Assembly (NCBI GenBank): GCA_004431415.1
Contig: QPMI01000472.1
Span: forward strand, 62,001 to 126,000
Source: Cyanophora paradoxa CCMP329
Lineage: Eukaryota; Plantae; Glaucophyta
Reading direction: 5' to 3'
DNA: 64,000 bases
Position numbers and translations under genes: made by a program. The notes under the pieces were generated by a model that saw only the letters and a program-made list of their open reading frames with translations, was not told the DNA's origin and made no database searches. Shown piece by piece: positions 11,259-23,800 of this stretch (positions are counted from its first letter, which is position 1; each line of letters begins with the position of its first letter).

Positions 11259-12116
11259 ATGGGTGAATATAATCGAGTTCAACTTCCAATATATTCCCTT
11301 GGATCCCCTGCAATGCACTTTCGCCAACACGAAGTTAATGATGAAGTTCGTGGTTTAGAATCCACAGAGAGACCCAATTCCAATGGTAACTCCTTTGATA
11401 AAAATTCGATTATTCGAGTTAAAGAACTGAGAGCAGACAAGAATTCTGGTGTGGTTAAAACAACTCGACTCCTTGTCTCAAATGCAAACTTTTTTCAACC
11501 TACTAATGGAGGTCCTGATGCATACAGTGTTGATCTGAAAGCCCTCGATTTCGATAAGAATTCTGCTGCTGTTACTGTGAGATCAGGAGGAGCATTTATT
11601 GGTGGTGGTTGCAGAGTCTCAGGTCAACTCTCTTCATCAATTGCATACAATGATGTCCCAGATACTCTACCCCAAAATGTAGAGGATCCTCAACGAATTC
11701 GCTTGTATGCTCCTGTTTCCCAGCAACCTTTCATTCAGTTCTTCAATGAAATAACAGTTACACTTCTTAACTCTGTGGTTCCTGAGGGATTCCCAAATGA
11801 GAGAGTGGTTTATAATAATCAAGTTCCCATGGCTTTACAATCTCTCTGTCGTCCTGCAAACAATCAAATCGGTCATTATTACTTGTATTTCGTCCAACCT
11901 CACTTGCATTTCGGTCGGGGTTATTGCTCTGTTGGAAATGGGGGAGCTGCTTCATATGATCTGCATGTTACTGATCTTGGAACCTATCGAATTCTGATTG
12001 TTGGAGCAAGAACAGATATTGCTGCTGTGTCTGCTCTTCGTGGGTATAATCCCAATGACATTTTGAATACAGCATTTTATTCCGAGCCAGATATTATAGA
12101 CGACCCCACCCCATAA
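11259..12116 (+). CDS. Putative virion protein, paralog 1
   Basis: Shares N-terminal V.GL.STE...ELR.DKN.G.VKTT.LLV.NANF...GGA.IG.G.RV.G with the next ORF. Confidence 0.7.
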   Translation: MGEYNRVQLPIYSLGSPAMHFRQHEVNDEVRGLESTERPNSNGNSFDKNSIIRVKELRADKNSGVVKTTRLLVSNANFFQPTNGGPDAYSVDLKALDFDKNSAAVTVRSGGAFIGGGCRVSGQLSSSIAYNDVPDTLPQNVEDPQRIRLYAPVSQQPFIQFFNEITVTLLNSVVPEGFPNERVVYNNQVPMALQSLCRPANNQIGHYYLYFVQPHLHFGRGYCSVGNGGAASYDLHVTDLGTYRILIVGARTDIAAVSALRGYNPNDILNTAFYSEPDIIDDPTP

Positions 12117-12139
12117 AAGATATATCTGTTTAATGTAAA

Positions 12140-12967
12140 ATGGCTGCCCCAGTAGAGCGAATTATTACACCCCAACTCTCATTAGCAGCACCTGCGAATC
12201 ACGTTTTGCAGCATGCTACCTTTGATGATGTAGAAGGTCTCCAATCGACAGAAGTACAACCTACCATGAATACATTTGGTTCCACCCATAAACTGAGATT
12301 GCAGGAACTCAGATGTGATAAAAATAATGGAATAGTTAAGACAACGAAACTCCTTGTCACAAATGCAAACTTTTCTGCCCATTATGGAGACCCAGACAGT
12401 TATGGTGATCCTCTGTCTACTTATTCTTTTGAATCTCGGTCGGGAGCTATTAACTGCAAAACGGGGGGAGCATATATTGGTGATGGTCTTCGGGTTGGTG
12501 GAGCTGTTGGTGCGCCTCTTTTCGTAAATGATCAACCCAATCCCATTGATCCAAACACCAGAATTCGCACCTATGTCCCCAGTATGAATGCACCATATAT
12601 TATCAAGATCTTCCCAATTGTTGTGAATGAACAGACATCAGTAGTTGATTCTCTTGTTGAAATTGGTGACCACTACAAGGTGGTCGTGGATATTCCACCA
12701 GATGTTTATGCTGTCTGTCAAGTAGAGGGTGGAACCCCAAATATTGCAGTTGTGATCACCCCATATGACAATTTCGGAATTGCTTATCATGGAGTGAATT
12801 TCGGTCTTGAAGATTACCAGTTCTTGGTGAGAGCCACCAGGTTTGGTATCTACAAATGCATTCTCTATGCTGAGAGAACCGATGCTATTGCAAAACAGAA
12901 TACATATGCAGAATATTACGGCACAAATCGCTACTTCCCCATTTTCGGGCAGGATACTGCTCCATAG
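12140..12967 (+). CDS. Putative virion protein, paralog 2
   Basis: Clear N-terminal similarity to 11259-12116. Confidence 0.7.
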   Translation: MAAPVERIITPQLSLAAPANHVLQHATFDDVEGLQSTEVQPTMNTFGSTHKLRLQELRCDKNNGIVKTTKLLVTNANFSAHYGDPDSYGDPLSTYSFESRSGAINCKTGGAYIGDGLRVGGAVGAPLFVNDQPNPIDPNTRIRTYVPSMNAPYIIKIFPIVVNEQTSVVDSLVEIGDHYKVVVDIPPDVYAVCQVEGGTPNIAVVITPYDNFGIAYHGVNFGLEDYQFLVRATRFGIYKCILYAERTDAIAKQNTYAEYYGTNRYFPIFGQDTAP

Positions 12968-12992
12968 AAATCTCAGGTATATATAGAGAGGG

Positions 12993-13264
12993 ATGGATGA
13001 TAAAACAAAGAAATTCATAGAATCTGCAATGATGGTTCATGGTGATGCTAAATTCGATTATACTGAGACAGTGTATAAGAAAGCACAAGAGAAGGTCTCT
13101 GTTAGATGCCTTAAATGCAACAAGATCCTGCAAACCTACCCATTTAATCATGTAAGGGCAGTGGATGCAGAGAATGCAACAAGAAATCCTCTCATGCATA
13201 TAGAAAAAAGACGACATCAGGAATTGTGATAGATGATAAACCAGTGGTACTGTACTTTGATTAG
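12993..13264 (+). CDS. Small zinc-ribbon protein of the repeat type found in viral homing endonucleases (DUF723-like); 1-nt frameshift in this copy
   Basis: FIESA..VHGD.KFDY...Y.....KV...C.KC......P.NH..GSGC.EC; intact at 57824-58096. Confidence 0.65.
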
Positions 13265-13450
13265 ATCTTTGAGAGAGAGATGAGGATCTTGCCCCATTTT
13301 CCCTTTGTGATTATGCATGTATCAAAACAGTTTGGACAGGTCTTATGGTAATGCAGCAGGATGATATCCACCAACTCATAAGGTAGCACTCTTGCTAAGA
13401 TGGTTCGCATTCTACCAATCGCGTTTTTAATTTTTCTAAATTATTCATAA

Positions 13451-13852
13451 ATGAATACTCATCGAGGCTTCCATGTGATGCTGGATTACAAATTCAGAAC
13501 CCAATTAGCAGTAGGAATGGAGGACTTGGAGACAACAACCAGGTGGTTAATGCAGTTCTTGCAAACTATTATTCAAGAGCAAGGTATTCGAGTAGTTCAC
13601 AAGCATTGCGAGATTTTCGATGGTGGTATTTCTCCTCCTGGTTTTGCAATGGTTCTTCTGCTGGATGAGAGCCACTGCACTGCTCATTGTTACTCAAATG
13701 AAGGTATGTTGGCGATTGATATATTCAGTTGTGGATTAGAAGCAGAGAGAAAAACCACGAGAGTATCTCATGAGATAGATGAGAGAATAACAGGTGTGTT
13801 TTCAGGGTTGGAGAAATCGGAGAAACATAGAGTATTGCGATTTCCGAGTTAG
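13451..13852 (+). CDS. speD: S-adenosylmethionine decarboxylase proenzyme (prokaryote/virus-type, pyruvoyl-dependent)
   Basis: G.H..LD N-terminus, PPGFAMVLLLD-ESH-CTAHCY self-cleavage site, AIDIFSCG; 133 aa. Confidence 0.88.
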   Translation: MNTHRGFHVMLDYKFRTQLAVGMEDLETTTRWLMQFLQTIIQEQGIRVVHKHCEIFDGGISPPGFAMVLLLDESHCTAHCYSNEGMLAIDIFSCGLEAERKTTRVSHEIDERITGVFSGLEKSEKHRVLRFPS

Positions 13853-14891
13853 TTGACACTGAGAAATTCAGAATTTCAGATGGGCTTACTGAAAATGGTG
13901 TAGTAGGCACTTTAAAAATCGAAGTAGGCACTTTTTAATTGAAGTTAGGCACTTTTAATTGACGTTAGGCACTTAGGCACCTTTTCTGGAAATTCTCTAT
14001 AAAAACTAAAATCAACGTTTTGAAAAACACAAGTTGATGTATTTGGGACTTCTTTTTAATTCTCGATTAAGAAGTGCCTAACCGCCTAAACCGCCTACCA
14101 AAGATGCCTACTTCGATTGATCGATCGGAGACCATGCAACTCTGTGACAATTTTTCGAAGAGAAAATGCCCATCCCCAATCTTCTCAATTGTTTAATTGG
14201 AGACCATGCAACTCTGTGACACTTTTCAATGCAAAAATGTACATCAGCAATCTCATCGATTCTTTAATTGGACATAATGCAGTACCGATATATTCCAATA
14301 GAAAATCCCGCAATCTAATCGATTGTTTAATTGGAGATAATGCAACTCTGTGACACTTTTTGGGTGCAAAAATGTACATCCGCAATCCCATCGATTGTTT
14401 AATTGGACATAATGCAACTCTGTGACACTTTTTGCGTTTTTCGATACAGAATGGGCGGTGGTCCACTTCAATACCAAAGAGATATATCGAGTTTATGCGA
14501 ATTTATGCGAATTTATGCGAATTAATCGCGATTATATCGTTCTTTAAGTAGTTTAATGTTAATCAATCGAAGTTATATATGTAATCGACAAAGAACATAT
14601 TATATCGATATAATATCGATTGAATCAATCGTGAATATGCATTAAATTAAACGCGTTTATCATTTTTAATACAAAGTTTGCATTACTTTATACAAAGTTT
14701 GCATTATTTTATACAAAGTTTGCATTATTTTATACAAAGTTTGCATAAAAAGTTAAAGAAATTAATCGATAAATATGTATTTTAGTATTAAATTAACACA
14801 TATTGAAAAACGAATTTAAATCCAGAGTGAATCGAGATCGCGAAGTGATCGAGATGAACGAAGGGATTTAAATTCGTTTTTCAATATGTGT
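13757..14891. repeat. Right terminal inverted repeat region of copy A (~1135 bp) with internal tandem repeats and terminal hairpin
   Basis: 13757-13899 and ~14400-14891 are reverse complements of 32859-33001 and 31864-~32310; 28-bp palindrome arms at 14796-14823 and 14864-14891. Confidence 0.88.
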
Positions 14892-17800
14892 GTTCCTCTC
14901 GCGCGCGTCCGACCGACGGAGTCCTGTCGGCGCGCAGCTGGGGCCCCTCTCGGACGTCACCCCCTCCCCCACCGACTTCGCCTACACCTCCTACACCCCG
15001 TTCCCAGGGCTGGTGACTGCAGATTGCTGAGTAAGGCTGAGCGCCGATGCTGACAGGTCCTTGCGCCGCAGGATCTGGACGTGCGATCCCGACCGGGCGA
15101 CGGGGAGTTTTTCCAGTCGATGTCGGTCTGGGCCGACCAGTCTTTCACCCGCACATCCGTCCCAACGGAGCTTATAGGCTCCGCCGCCGGCCGCTACCAG
15201 TCGGAATGCTACTGGGGGCGAGACTGCTTCGTCTGGTACGTCCACAACTGGTTCTCCTTCGCGTACTCTGGGTGCCCGCGCTGCTGCAAGGTTTGCTGCG
15301 CACTTCCCGTTGCCCCCCGTGTTCTCGAGCCGAGCCTCCCGCGTGTGCAGCCCGACGGCTCGACGAAGTACGAGAACGTGGACGTCTGGCCTGCCGACTT
15401 CTGCACGGCCGATCCGTGGCGCTTCATAGAGGTCGGCCGCAACTTCTCCACGGACGAGCGGTGCGCCGCTCCGCGTCCCGGCCGCATGCGAAGCTGACGC
15501 GGGCTTCGGGCCGAGCAGGTGGCTGCACACGACGTGGGGCCGGGAGATCTACCTCATAACGGCGGCCACATCGGACGTCAATGACGGAGAGGGCTTCGAC
15601 TGGCTCGGCGCCCTCGGGACCATCTTCATGATCGACGTCTCCCCCGACGGATATGCCTCATCCTACCTCCTGCACGTGCGCGCCAGTCGTTTGGCGTGTT
15701 GTCGCCGCCGAGATCAGACGCTTGTGCAGGCCGAGGCGCTCGGCTACGGGCTCAGCCGCAAGGTGGACCTCTCCTCGACTTCCCTCTACCCGTTCGACAC
15801 CAACACGGCGCTCAACTGCGCCCTCTGTGCGACCGCCTCTGGCCGGTCCGACCGCGATCGCGAGTTTGTGACCCGACCGGCTTCGCGCAGGGGCCGACGA
15901 GGGATCAAGCACGGCAATGATGCACGACCAGCAGATCTTTGCCTTCTGGCAGGTATGAGCAGCCTGCCCCGGTGTCCCAGATCCGCCGGCCTCGACATGG
16001 TCGGCCTCTCGCAGAGGGGAGTGGCGTATTTCGCTTCGTACGTCAAGTTCCCGAGCAACACCGTCGAGCCCCGCATCCGCCTCTGCCACTTCGGCGGAGT
16101 CGTCGAGATCTCGTTCGACGCGCACCTCAGCTCGATCACGCCCGTGGACCACTCCAACGAGGGCTCTGCAATGTACAAGTCCGAATGGTGAGCCGCCCGC
16201 CTGCGCCGCTCAAGTTTGCACTTGAATTAATTCGAGGTCGCGCTCAGGTGGCAGCGCAACGCGGAGGCGATCCCGCCCGGCGCCGTGGCCCACGCGATGG
16301 CTGCCGACGGGCGCGTCGAGGCCGACGGGCCCCTCATCTACCACGCCATCATCCGCCACCCTTTCTTCCCGACCGGCGCGTGCCCGGAGAGCTTCCAACG
16401 CGACCTCTCCTGCGCCGCGTTCAACGTCTCGCACGTCGTTGCCCGCTGGAGCTTCGCCGTGACACCCTCGACGGGCGAAGCGACGCTGCTGCGCCCGCCG
16501 TCCGTCATCCTCGCTCGCTCCGTCAGCTGGTACGGTGCGTGTATCGCAGGCGTTTCGCACGCGGGTTCGCCAGCTGTCGCCTTATCTTATCGTTTAGACA
16601 CCTGGATAATCCAGAACGAGAGACCGGGTGTCGCCGGCCCCGGGATCGGCGTGCGTCATCTCAGATCCCCAGCCCTTTCTTTGCGACCTCCAGATCTTTG
16701 ATCCTTCCGGTTGATGCAGGCGCTGGAAGGGAAGTGGGTAGAAGGCCGCCGCCACTCGTTCTACGTCCTGGGCGACGAGGTCGTCCGCTTCAGCCGCCCG
16801 GGGGCCTTTGAGTCGGGCATCGGCGGCGTCGAGAGCGGCCGCATCCGCCTGCAGCCAGACGGCTGGTCGCCCACCCTGCAGGGCTGGTACTCGGTCCCCG
16901 CCGCGGTCTACAAGAGCGGATCCCTCTTCATCGTCCGCGAGCTCCACACGGCGAGCAACACGAAATCGTACCCCTGGGGCCTCTCAGACTTCGACGCCGG
17001 CCCCATCTGGATGCTACCATCGAGCCGCCTCCGCAAGTTGGTGTGGCGCTCGAGGTCAACCCACCTGATCAAGGTCCACTGCCTTCAGGCCGTGTCCTTG
17101 GGCTGCTGATCATGAGCGCGGCCCACAGGTCGACAACGTCGACGCCGCGACCTTCTCTGGCCCGTTCAGCGTTGTCATCCCCTCCTTCGCGCAGGGCATC
17201 ATGTGCCTGCATTGCTTGCGCTCGCATAACTGGCCGCCCGTTGACCCCTGCGCGCAGAGGCGCGCACGTGGTGGGCGATTTCAGCGCCCGGGCGCGCTTT
17301 AACGACGACCCCGCAAACACGGGCTCGCTGCCCTTCGTCGAGGCCCCTTTCATCGCATTCTACGCCCGGGAGGTGAGCGGAGTTTGTGCAAAGCGTGAAG
17401 GGCTTTGCGAGTAACACGTCGGGCCCGCAGCCGGCGTTCATCGTCAAGGTGTACACAGAATGCCCTCCGGGAACTGTGAGCTCGCTTTTATCGGTCTGCT
17501 CCCGCGAACCGACCGATGTTGCAGAGCTTCAACGTCGCTTCCGCGAGCGGCAACGCCGCCGGGGACGACTGCCTTCCGCTGCCCGCCGGCCTCTACTCGA
17601 ACAGGACCGGCCTGATCAGCACGGGCGAGGCGACCGTCTGCGCCCCTGGCACCTTCACGACAGGCGGCGCGACCGCGCCCTCCATCTGCCCCGCGGGCAC
17701 CTACTCCGACGCCGGCGCGTCGTCCTGCTACGGTCCGCGCCGCAATCGCACTCGTTTGCTGCTCCAGTCTTTGTCGCTGCTGATGCGAGGACGGTCGACA

Positions 17801-20800
17801 TCAGACTGCCCGCAGAACACGTACTCGATCGCGCCGGGCACACCTTGCACCCCGTGCGCGTCGAACGCGTTCACGCAGACGTCAAAGTGGACCTCGGAGT
17901 GCCTGACCTGCTCGTGCACGACTTTCCGTTCGTGCATGCAAGCGTCGCGCCTCACGAGATGCTTTCGCGTTCAGACCCGGCACGGTCTTGCCGTACGCGG
18001 GAGCGTCCGTCTGCATCCCGTGCCCGGCGTTCACCTACTCGGCGCGGGGAGCCGTCGGATCGTGTTTATCCTGTGCGCCGTCCTTCTGGTCGCGGCTGCG
18101 CTCGTTCCTCATCCTTGCGGCAGGCGATCCGGGCTTTGTTCCCACCTCTGACGCATCCACGTGCGAACCGTGGCACGTGACTCAAACAGGCTTGCAACAA
18201 CGTGCAGACCATCTGACCGCTTCGCGCAGCCCCGCCGGAACTTTTCAGGCTGCGAATCGGACGGCCTGCCGAATCTGCCCCGCATTGCATTACTCCCGTG
18301 CTGGCGCTGCCGGCTCGTGCACGCCCTGCGCCGATGGTTCGCAAGTCGCCTCGCTGCCTTGTCTGCGCTGTGGAAAACTGACCGCAATTCAGGCTGGATT
18401 GCACTCGATGACCGGCAGTCCTGCATCGCTTGTGCTGCGGGATCATATCGTGCACAAAACATGACGGACTGCGCAAGGTGCGATCAAAGACATTGGTGAC
18501 GTTGTCAAAGCTTTTTTCGCGTTCCCTCTAAGCAGAGCCACCGTCGATAGATGTCCGTTGAACACCATCGCGATCCAGCCCGGGCTGGCTGCGTGCCAGA
18601 GCTGCCCTCCAGGACAAGTGAGCGCGGCGGACCAGGGATCCTGCGTGCCCTGCGCCTCTGGTCCGCGGAATGCTGCTGGCCATGGCTCCAACGACGTCGA
18701 CGCGCCGCCGCCCATATGCATCTCACCGCCTTCCGCGCTCTCAGGGACGTACCGCAACAGCAGCATGCTGTACTGCAGCCCGGTGCCGTACGGAGCCGTC
18801 GCCAACGTCGGGAGCAGCGTGTACACGGTCCTCAGCTTTCCTCTTTCTGCAGTCGAGCCGCGCTGGTAGCTCATGCGGCGTTCGCCAGATGTGCAATCCC
18901 GGGGAGGTGCCGAACACGGTCCAGTCTGAGTGCAGGCCGTGCGGCAAGGGGAACTACGAGGAGAATCTGCTCTGCAGGACCTGCTCCGGCACCTCGTACA
19001 ATCCTGTGGAAGCCTCCCGCACTTGCCTGGAGTGGCGAGCAGTCTCCCTGCTCGACCCGGCGCGATCGAGAAACTGATGTTTTCGCTTGCAGCGACGGCG
19101 GGTACTACGCGAGCGCAGACAGGCAGGGCTGCCTGCCGTACGCTTTTTATGATCCCGAGAGGCTTTTTCGCGCCTGACCTGTCTTGGCCGCGCAGATGCC
19201 TCGCCGGGCAGTTCTTGGACCCATCGGCGAGCATGACGCAATGCCAAGCCTGTCCCCATGGTGTGTCCACGTCCGCAGCTTTCGCACGCAGATACGGTCA
19301 TGCGCTTTCGCCTCTGCAGGGACGTACAGCACAGCCGGCGCGGCCGCGTGCACGCCCTGCCAGCCTGGACGGCGAGAGCATTCTGACTGTTGCTCACGTT
19401 CGTTCCGCTGAAGTTCTCCAACAGGGTATCGAACGCGGACCGCACCGCCTGCGACCCGTGCGAGGCGGGCAAGTACGAGAGCGGCGGCGTCTGTCTGGAC
19501 TGCCCGCTGAATGCCGTGACGCCGTCGGTCGGCGCCACGTCCTGCACCGAGTGCGGCGCAGGATTCGTCGCGTCTCTCGACAAGCAGAACTGCGACGTGT
19601 GCCCGCTCACTTAGCGCCGCGCTTCGTCCTCCGACGGTCCCTCCGCAGCCGTGCCCGCAGGGGACGACGCGGCCAGCGAACGAGTCCAGCTGCCGACAGT
19701 GCCCCTTCCGGTCCGCCTGCCTGCAGTAGCCGCTTGGCTGCGCGCGGAGAGCTGACCCCTTCTCAGGTTCTACACTCCGGCGGCTGGCGCGTCCTCCTGC
19801 ACGCCCTGGTGCGCCTCGCGGCTCGGCGTCTCGATTATTTCTGTCGACTGAGCTTTCTGAAGCCCGCGGGGTACCGAGAGCTCAGACAATCGTACGGAGT
19901 GCCGTCCCTGCACGGGGGTGCGCTTTCTACGGCCCCGCTGGATCCCAGTACCTAATTAATTCGCTGAACGACGCAGGGGTTCTTCGAGAAGGACGGCCGC
20001 TGCTTCCCCTGCCCCCTCGTGCGTCTAGATCTCGACTTTTCTTCATCGACTTCGCCAGCCACAGGAGATTGAATGCGCTCTTCTAGGGCTCGTTCAGCGA
20101 CATGGGCGCCTTCAACGAATGCCCGAAGTGCCCTAAGGGCACGATCAGCAACGAGGACCGGACCGCCTGCGGGTTCTGCCCTCCGGGGCTGTACGCGAAC
20201 GGCACCTTCTGCGTCCCGGTGCGCTGCCTCGTGCATCTGCGAGGTCGACGCCCTTCCTATTGCTAACGCGCGAAACAGTGCCCGGCGGGCACGATCTCCC
20301 TTCTTGGCGACCTGGCCTGCACGAGATGCAAGCCGGTAGCTGGGCGTCTCGAGCTCGCATATATATTTGCAGGCGCACGTCGCGACCTACGTCGACGCCA
20401 TTGCAGGGGACGGTCTCGAGCGACGACCGGACCGAGTGCAATCCATGTCCAGCGGGGACGTTCCACGGGGAAGGGACGAACATCTGCTTCCCTTGCAAGC
20501 AGGTGCTGCTTTTCGCGTGCCATCAGTCCTTTGCGCGGCTCTGACCGGAGTCCGCAGGGCGAGTTCGCTTCGGCGCGGACCTTTGGGGCCTGCTCCCGGT
20601 GCGACCTCGGGTCGTACAGCGCTCCCGATGGGTTCGGACCCTCCCTTTCGACCGTTTGCTCTTCGAATTCGGGGCGCCCTTACTTTCGCCTCAGCACGCG
20701 CTGTGTCCCTTGCGACGCCGGCTCGTTCATGCCGGTCGGCTCGATAGTCTGCGAGAAGGCCCGCGATTCGGCTTCGAATTCGTTCTGTGGTTGTGGGAAG

Positions 20801-23800
20801 CTTACGACCCGCGTCGCGCAGTGCCCGGCCAACACGTACACGGACCTGCCGGGGCGCGGGGGCTCCTGCGACGAGTGCGAAGGGGGGTACATCGCTTCGA
20901 CCGAGCGCCGCAGCTGCGTCCCGTGCCGCCCGGTGCCTTCTTTCGTCGCGGAGCGGCGTTCTTCTCTCTGAGATGGAAGGCGCGCAGGGCCAGTATCGGA
21001 ACGGGTCCATGCCGATCTGCCTGGACTGTCCCCCTGGGGCCTTCAGCTCGGACTTTGGCTCCCCTTACTGCGGCTACTGGTGCGCGAGACCTTCGCCGCG
21101 CTCTTTCATCCGACTGAAGGATCGCTCAGCCCGCCCGGAGAGGTACCGCGGGAGGACCAGGTCGAGTGCACGCGTGAGCGCGCGCGAGAGGCGCTTCGCC
21201 GCGCCGCCTCACCGTCCCGCAGCGTGCCCGGCCGGCTCGGTCCCCGACACCGCGACCTTCGAGTGCAGCCCGTGCGAAACAAACGCGATCGCTCCCTCGG
21301 CGGGGCTCTCCGAGTGCCAGGTCAGACCATGCTTTTCTTCGAGGGCTGAATTCGAAGCTAACGAGCGTCCTGCAGCTCTGCCCGCCGGGCAACAAGGCGG
21401 ACGCGGCGCGGCGCGTCTGTGTGCCGTGCCATCGGTGCCCAATTCAATGAATTCGCACACACCGAGACAATACGGCTAATGATAGAACTGAGGTGTCCGT
21501 AAAGTGTCAAGTCGAAAGATGAGCCTACTGGTTACGCCGGGTAGGGAACCTAACAGCCATCGGACAGGGTGGAGCTAGTCAAGGAGACGTAAACTAAAGC
21601 AAAGCTAACCCAGAGCAGAGAGCTACTACCTATACATCTAGCCTAGCTTAGGACTAGGCTACAGAGAGGACTACCCAGGGGTCTACGAGTGCTGCCTGCT
21701 AGTGCTGCCTGCCTAGGACCGTCGGGACGTCCGGAGCTCGCGGGCTGTTCTACTGTACGGTAGGAAAGCCAGGACGGACCCGCGGTCTAATCTGCCTACT
21801 CTCGACGCGGCCGCGACTACAGTTAGCGCGGCGGGCTCCGCGTCGAGGGGCCGCTCGCCCGAAGCGCGGGTGGAAGCACGTCGGCGTAGAGGGGCCGAGG
21901 GGAATGAGGCGAGGGGGACGTTGCGGGGAAGAAGTGGGCGGACGGAGAAGGTCGGCGCCGGCCGTGGCGGGGAGGGGAGGGTCGGATTTCTCGGTCAGCA
22001 GGGCTTCCAGCCTCGAACCAGCCGCCGCACCCCCGCCGCGGGCAATTGCGAGCCCCCCTCCGCGGCGGTCCTTCAACCCACGGTCCTGGCACGATGGCCG
22101 GGGTATCTGGTGGGTGCAACGACCAGCCGAAGCCTTCCGCCAAGCCTTCCGGTCCATCGTTCCCTCCCTGTCGAGGCGCGAGGAGCGTTGGCGAGGTCGT
22201 GAGTGGGAGGCAGGGCCAAGAGAGCGAGCAGGAGGGCAGAACGGGAGAGGGAGGCAAGGCAGGCGCTCGCTTGGGCGGGCCCAGCGAGTCGGACGGGGCG
22301 GCTATATCTAGTGTGTGCGAGGCTAAGAGTAGAGCAGGGAAGTTTCTCGAGGACTAGGTATGGTGAAGTAGTAGGTAGGTGGTGTCGAGAGTCTCCTCCC
22401 GACGTAGCCCCCCCCCCCCCCCCCCCCCTTTCGCGCGACTCGGGGTACCGTTTAGAGCGGGCTAGGATGTGGCTCCCAAGGGCGTACCTTGACGCAATCG
22501 TAGAGCTCTTGGGCGCGGAGCGCCGCCTTCCAGCCCGCGTACTCCGGTGGGCAGTCTGCGTTCCGAGCGGCGTTGAGTAGATTGTGAAGGCGAATCGGCC
22601 CGTCGCAGGCGGCGCAGACTTCCTTACAGGTCCGGGGGCCGCGGGCCCGCTCTCGGGCGCGGGCGCCCGTGCGGGGCGGGCGCGGTCGCTTCTTTGAGGC
22701 CTGGGAGACGCGGCAGTCGCGTTCCCACTCCGCGTTGATTTCGCAGCGACGTGACCAGAGGCGTCGGGCCCGCTCCAGAAGCGTCTGCCGAACGCGTTTA
22801 GCTGCGCGTGCCGCGTACCGGGGTGCAAGGTTCAGGCAGCGTGCGAGGGCGCTTTCTAGACTCTGCGGAGCAAGGCCCTGGAGCACCCAGAGGCGCGGGT
22901 ACGCGTACGGCCTACCATCGTAGCTGCGCGCCTCGGCGTCGTCGTCCGCGACGCGGAGGAAGATTGGGACCAGGTCGGGGCAAGGAGGGCTCCTGCTGGC
23001 GGCGCTGTGAGTCCGTGGGCCTCTCTGTATGCGCAGAGCAGAAGTCGGTTCAGTTCGCGAGCAGTCTCCGCGCGGTGCGCGACCGCATGCGGACCCGGGC
23101 ACAGGAAGACGTGCGGGAAAGTTTCAGTCGGGCCTGCGGTAAGAGCCGTCGGTGCCCGGTTCGGGCGGCTGGGGCCCGCTGCTGGTTGGGCATGCGAGGC
23201 CTCTGGTGCAGTCTGGCTGTTCTGTGAGGCTGTCGGGCCGCTAGTCTCTGCACGAGGGAAAGGCGTTCTGGTGGCGCAGCCCGCACAGCGTCCCCCAGGG
23301 TTGCAGGCGGCGTAGAGTTCCTTCTGGTCACGTACCCGGACTTCGTTCGCTGGTAGCGAGCTACAGAGCAGCTGCGTCCGAAACTTGAATAGCGCGTTGC
23401 GGGCTCCATTGGCGCCTTGGAATCGGGAGCCTACGCTCGTTTCCGCATATAGCCCTGCTATGTCTGCGCCGTCGGCGCCTCGGCGCAGGAGCGCGCCAGC
23501 CAGCGGTTGTTGGGTCCAGGCAAAGTGCGTCTGGTGCTCGTGAAGTGCGTCCATGTGTGCCTTGGGGTCCCCTTCCACCCGTCGTGTGCGCCCGTCGGGG
23601 TCGCTGATGGTGAGCACCGCAGGCATGCTGAAGGCCGGCGGCAGAAAGAGAGGTTCATGCCGGTTTTCGTCCGCCAGATCCAGGTCGGCCGCCACGTTCG
23701 CTCCGGCGTCCGCGATGTCGTTGTGGGGTCGCGGGCGTCGCCCTTCGCGTGCGCTTTGACTTTGACGAGTTTGAGCGGCCGCCCGCGCTCCTCTAGCATT

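Larger units (their letters stand above)
1..14891 (+). mobile_element. Endogenous Polinton-like virus, copy A (right half; truncated by window start)
   Basis: AT-rich, intronless gene block (pPolB C-terminus, integrase, lipase, HNH, fibre, AdoMetDC). It ends in a terminal repeat ...caatatgtgt at 14891, where GC-rich host DNA begins abruptly. Confidence 0.92.

Noticed and set aside
14124-14432. Five ~70-bp-period repeats (ggagaccatgcaactctgtgacac) resembling a CRISPR array
   Set aside because: The intervening sequences are similar to each other (a degenerate tandem repeat), there are no cas genes, and it lies inside a eukaryotic viral TIR.
1-14891. Bacteriophage or prophage interpretation (tail fibre, HNH, speD)
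   Set aside because: The pPolB, rve integrase, A32 ATPase and jelly-roll capsid set, plus intron-containing flanks, indicate a eukaryotic Polinton-like virus.
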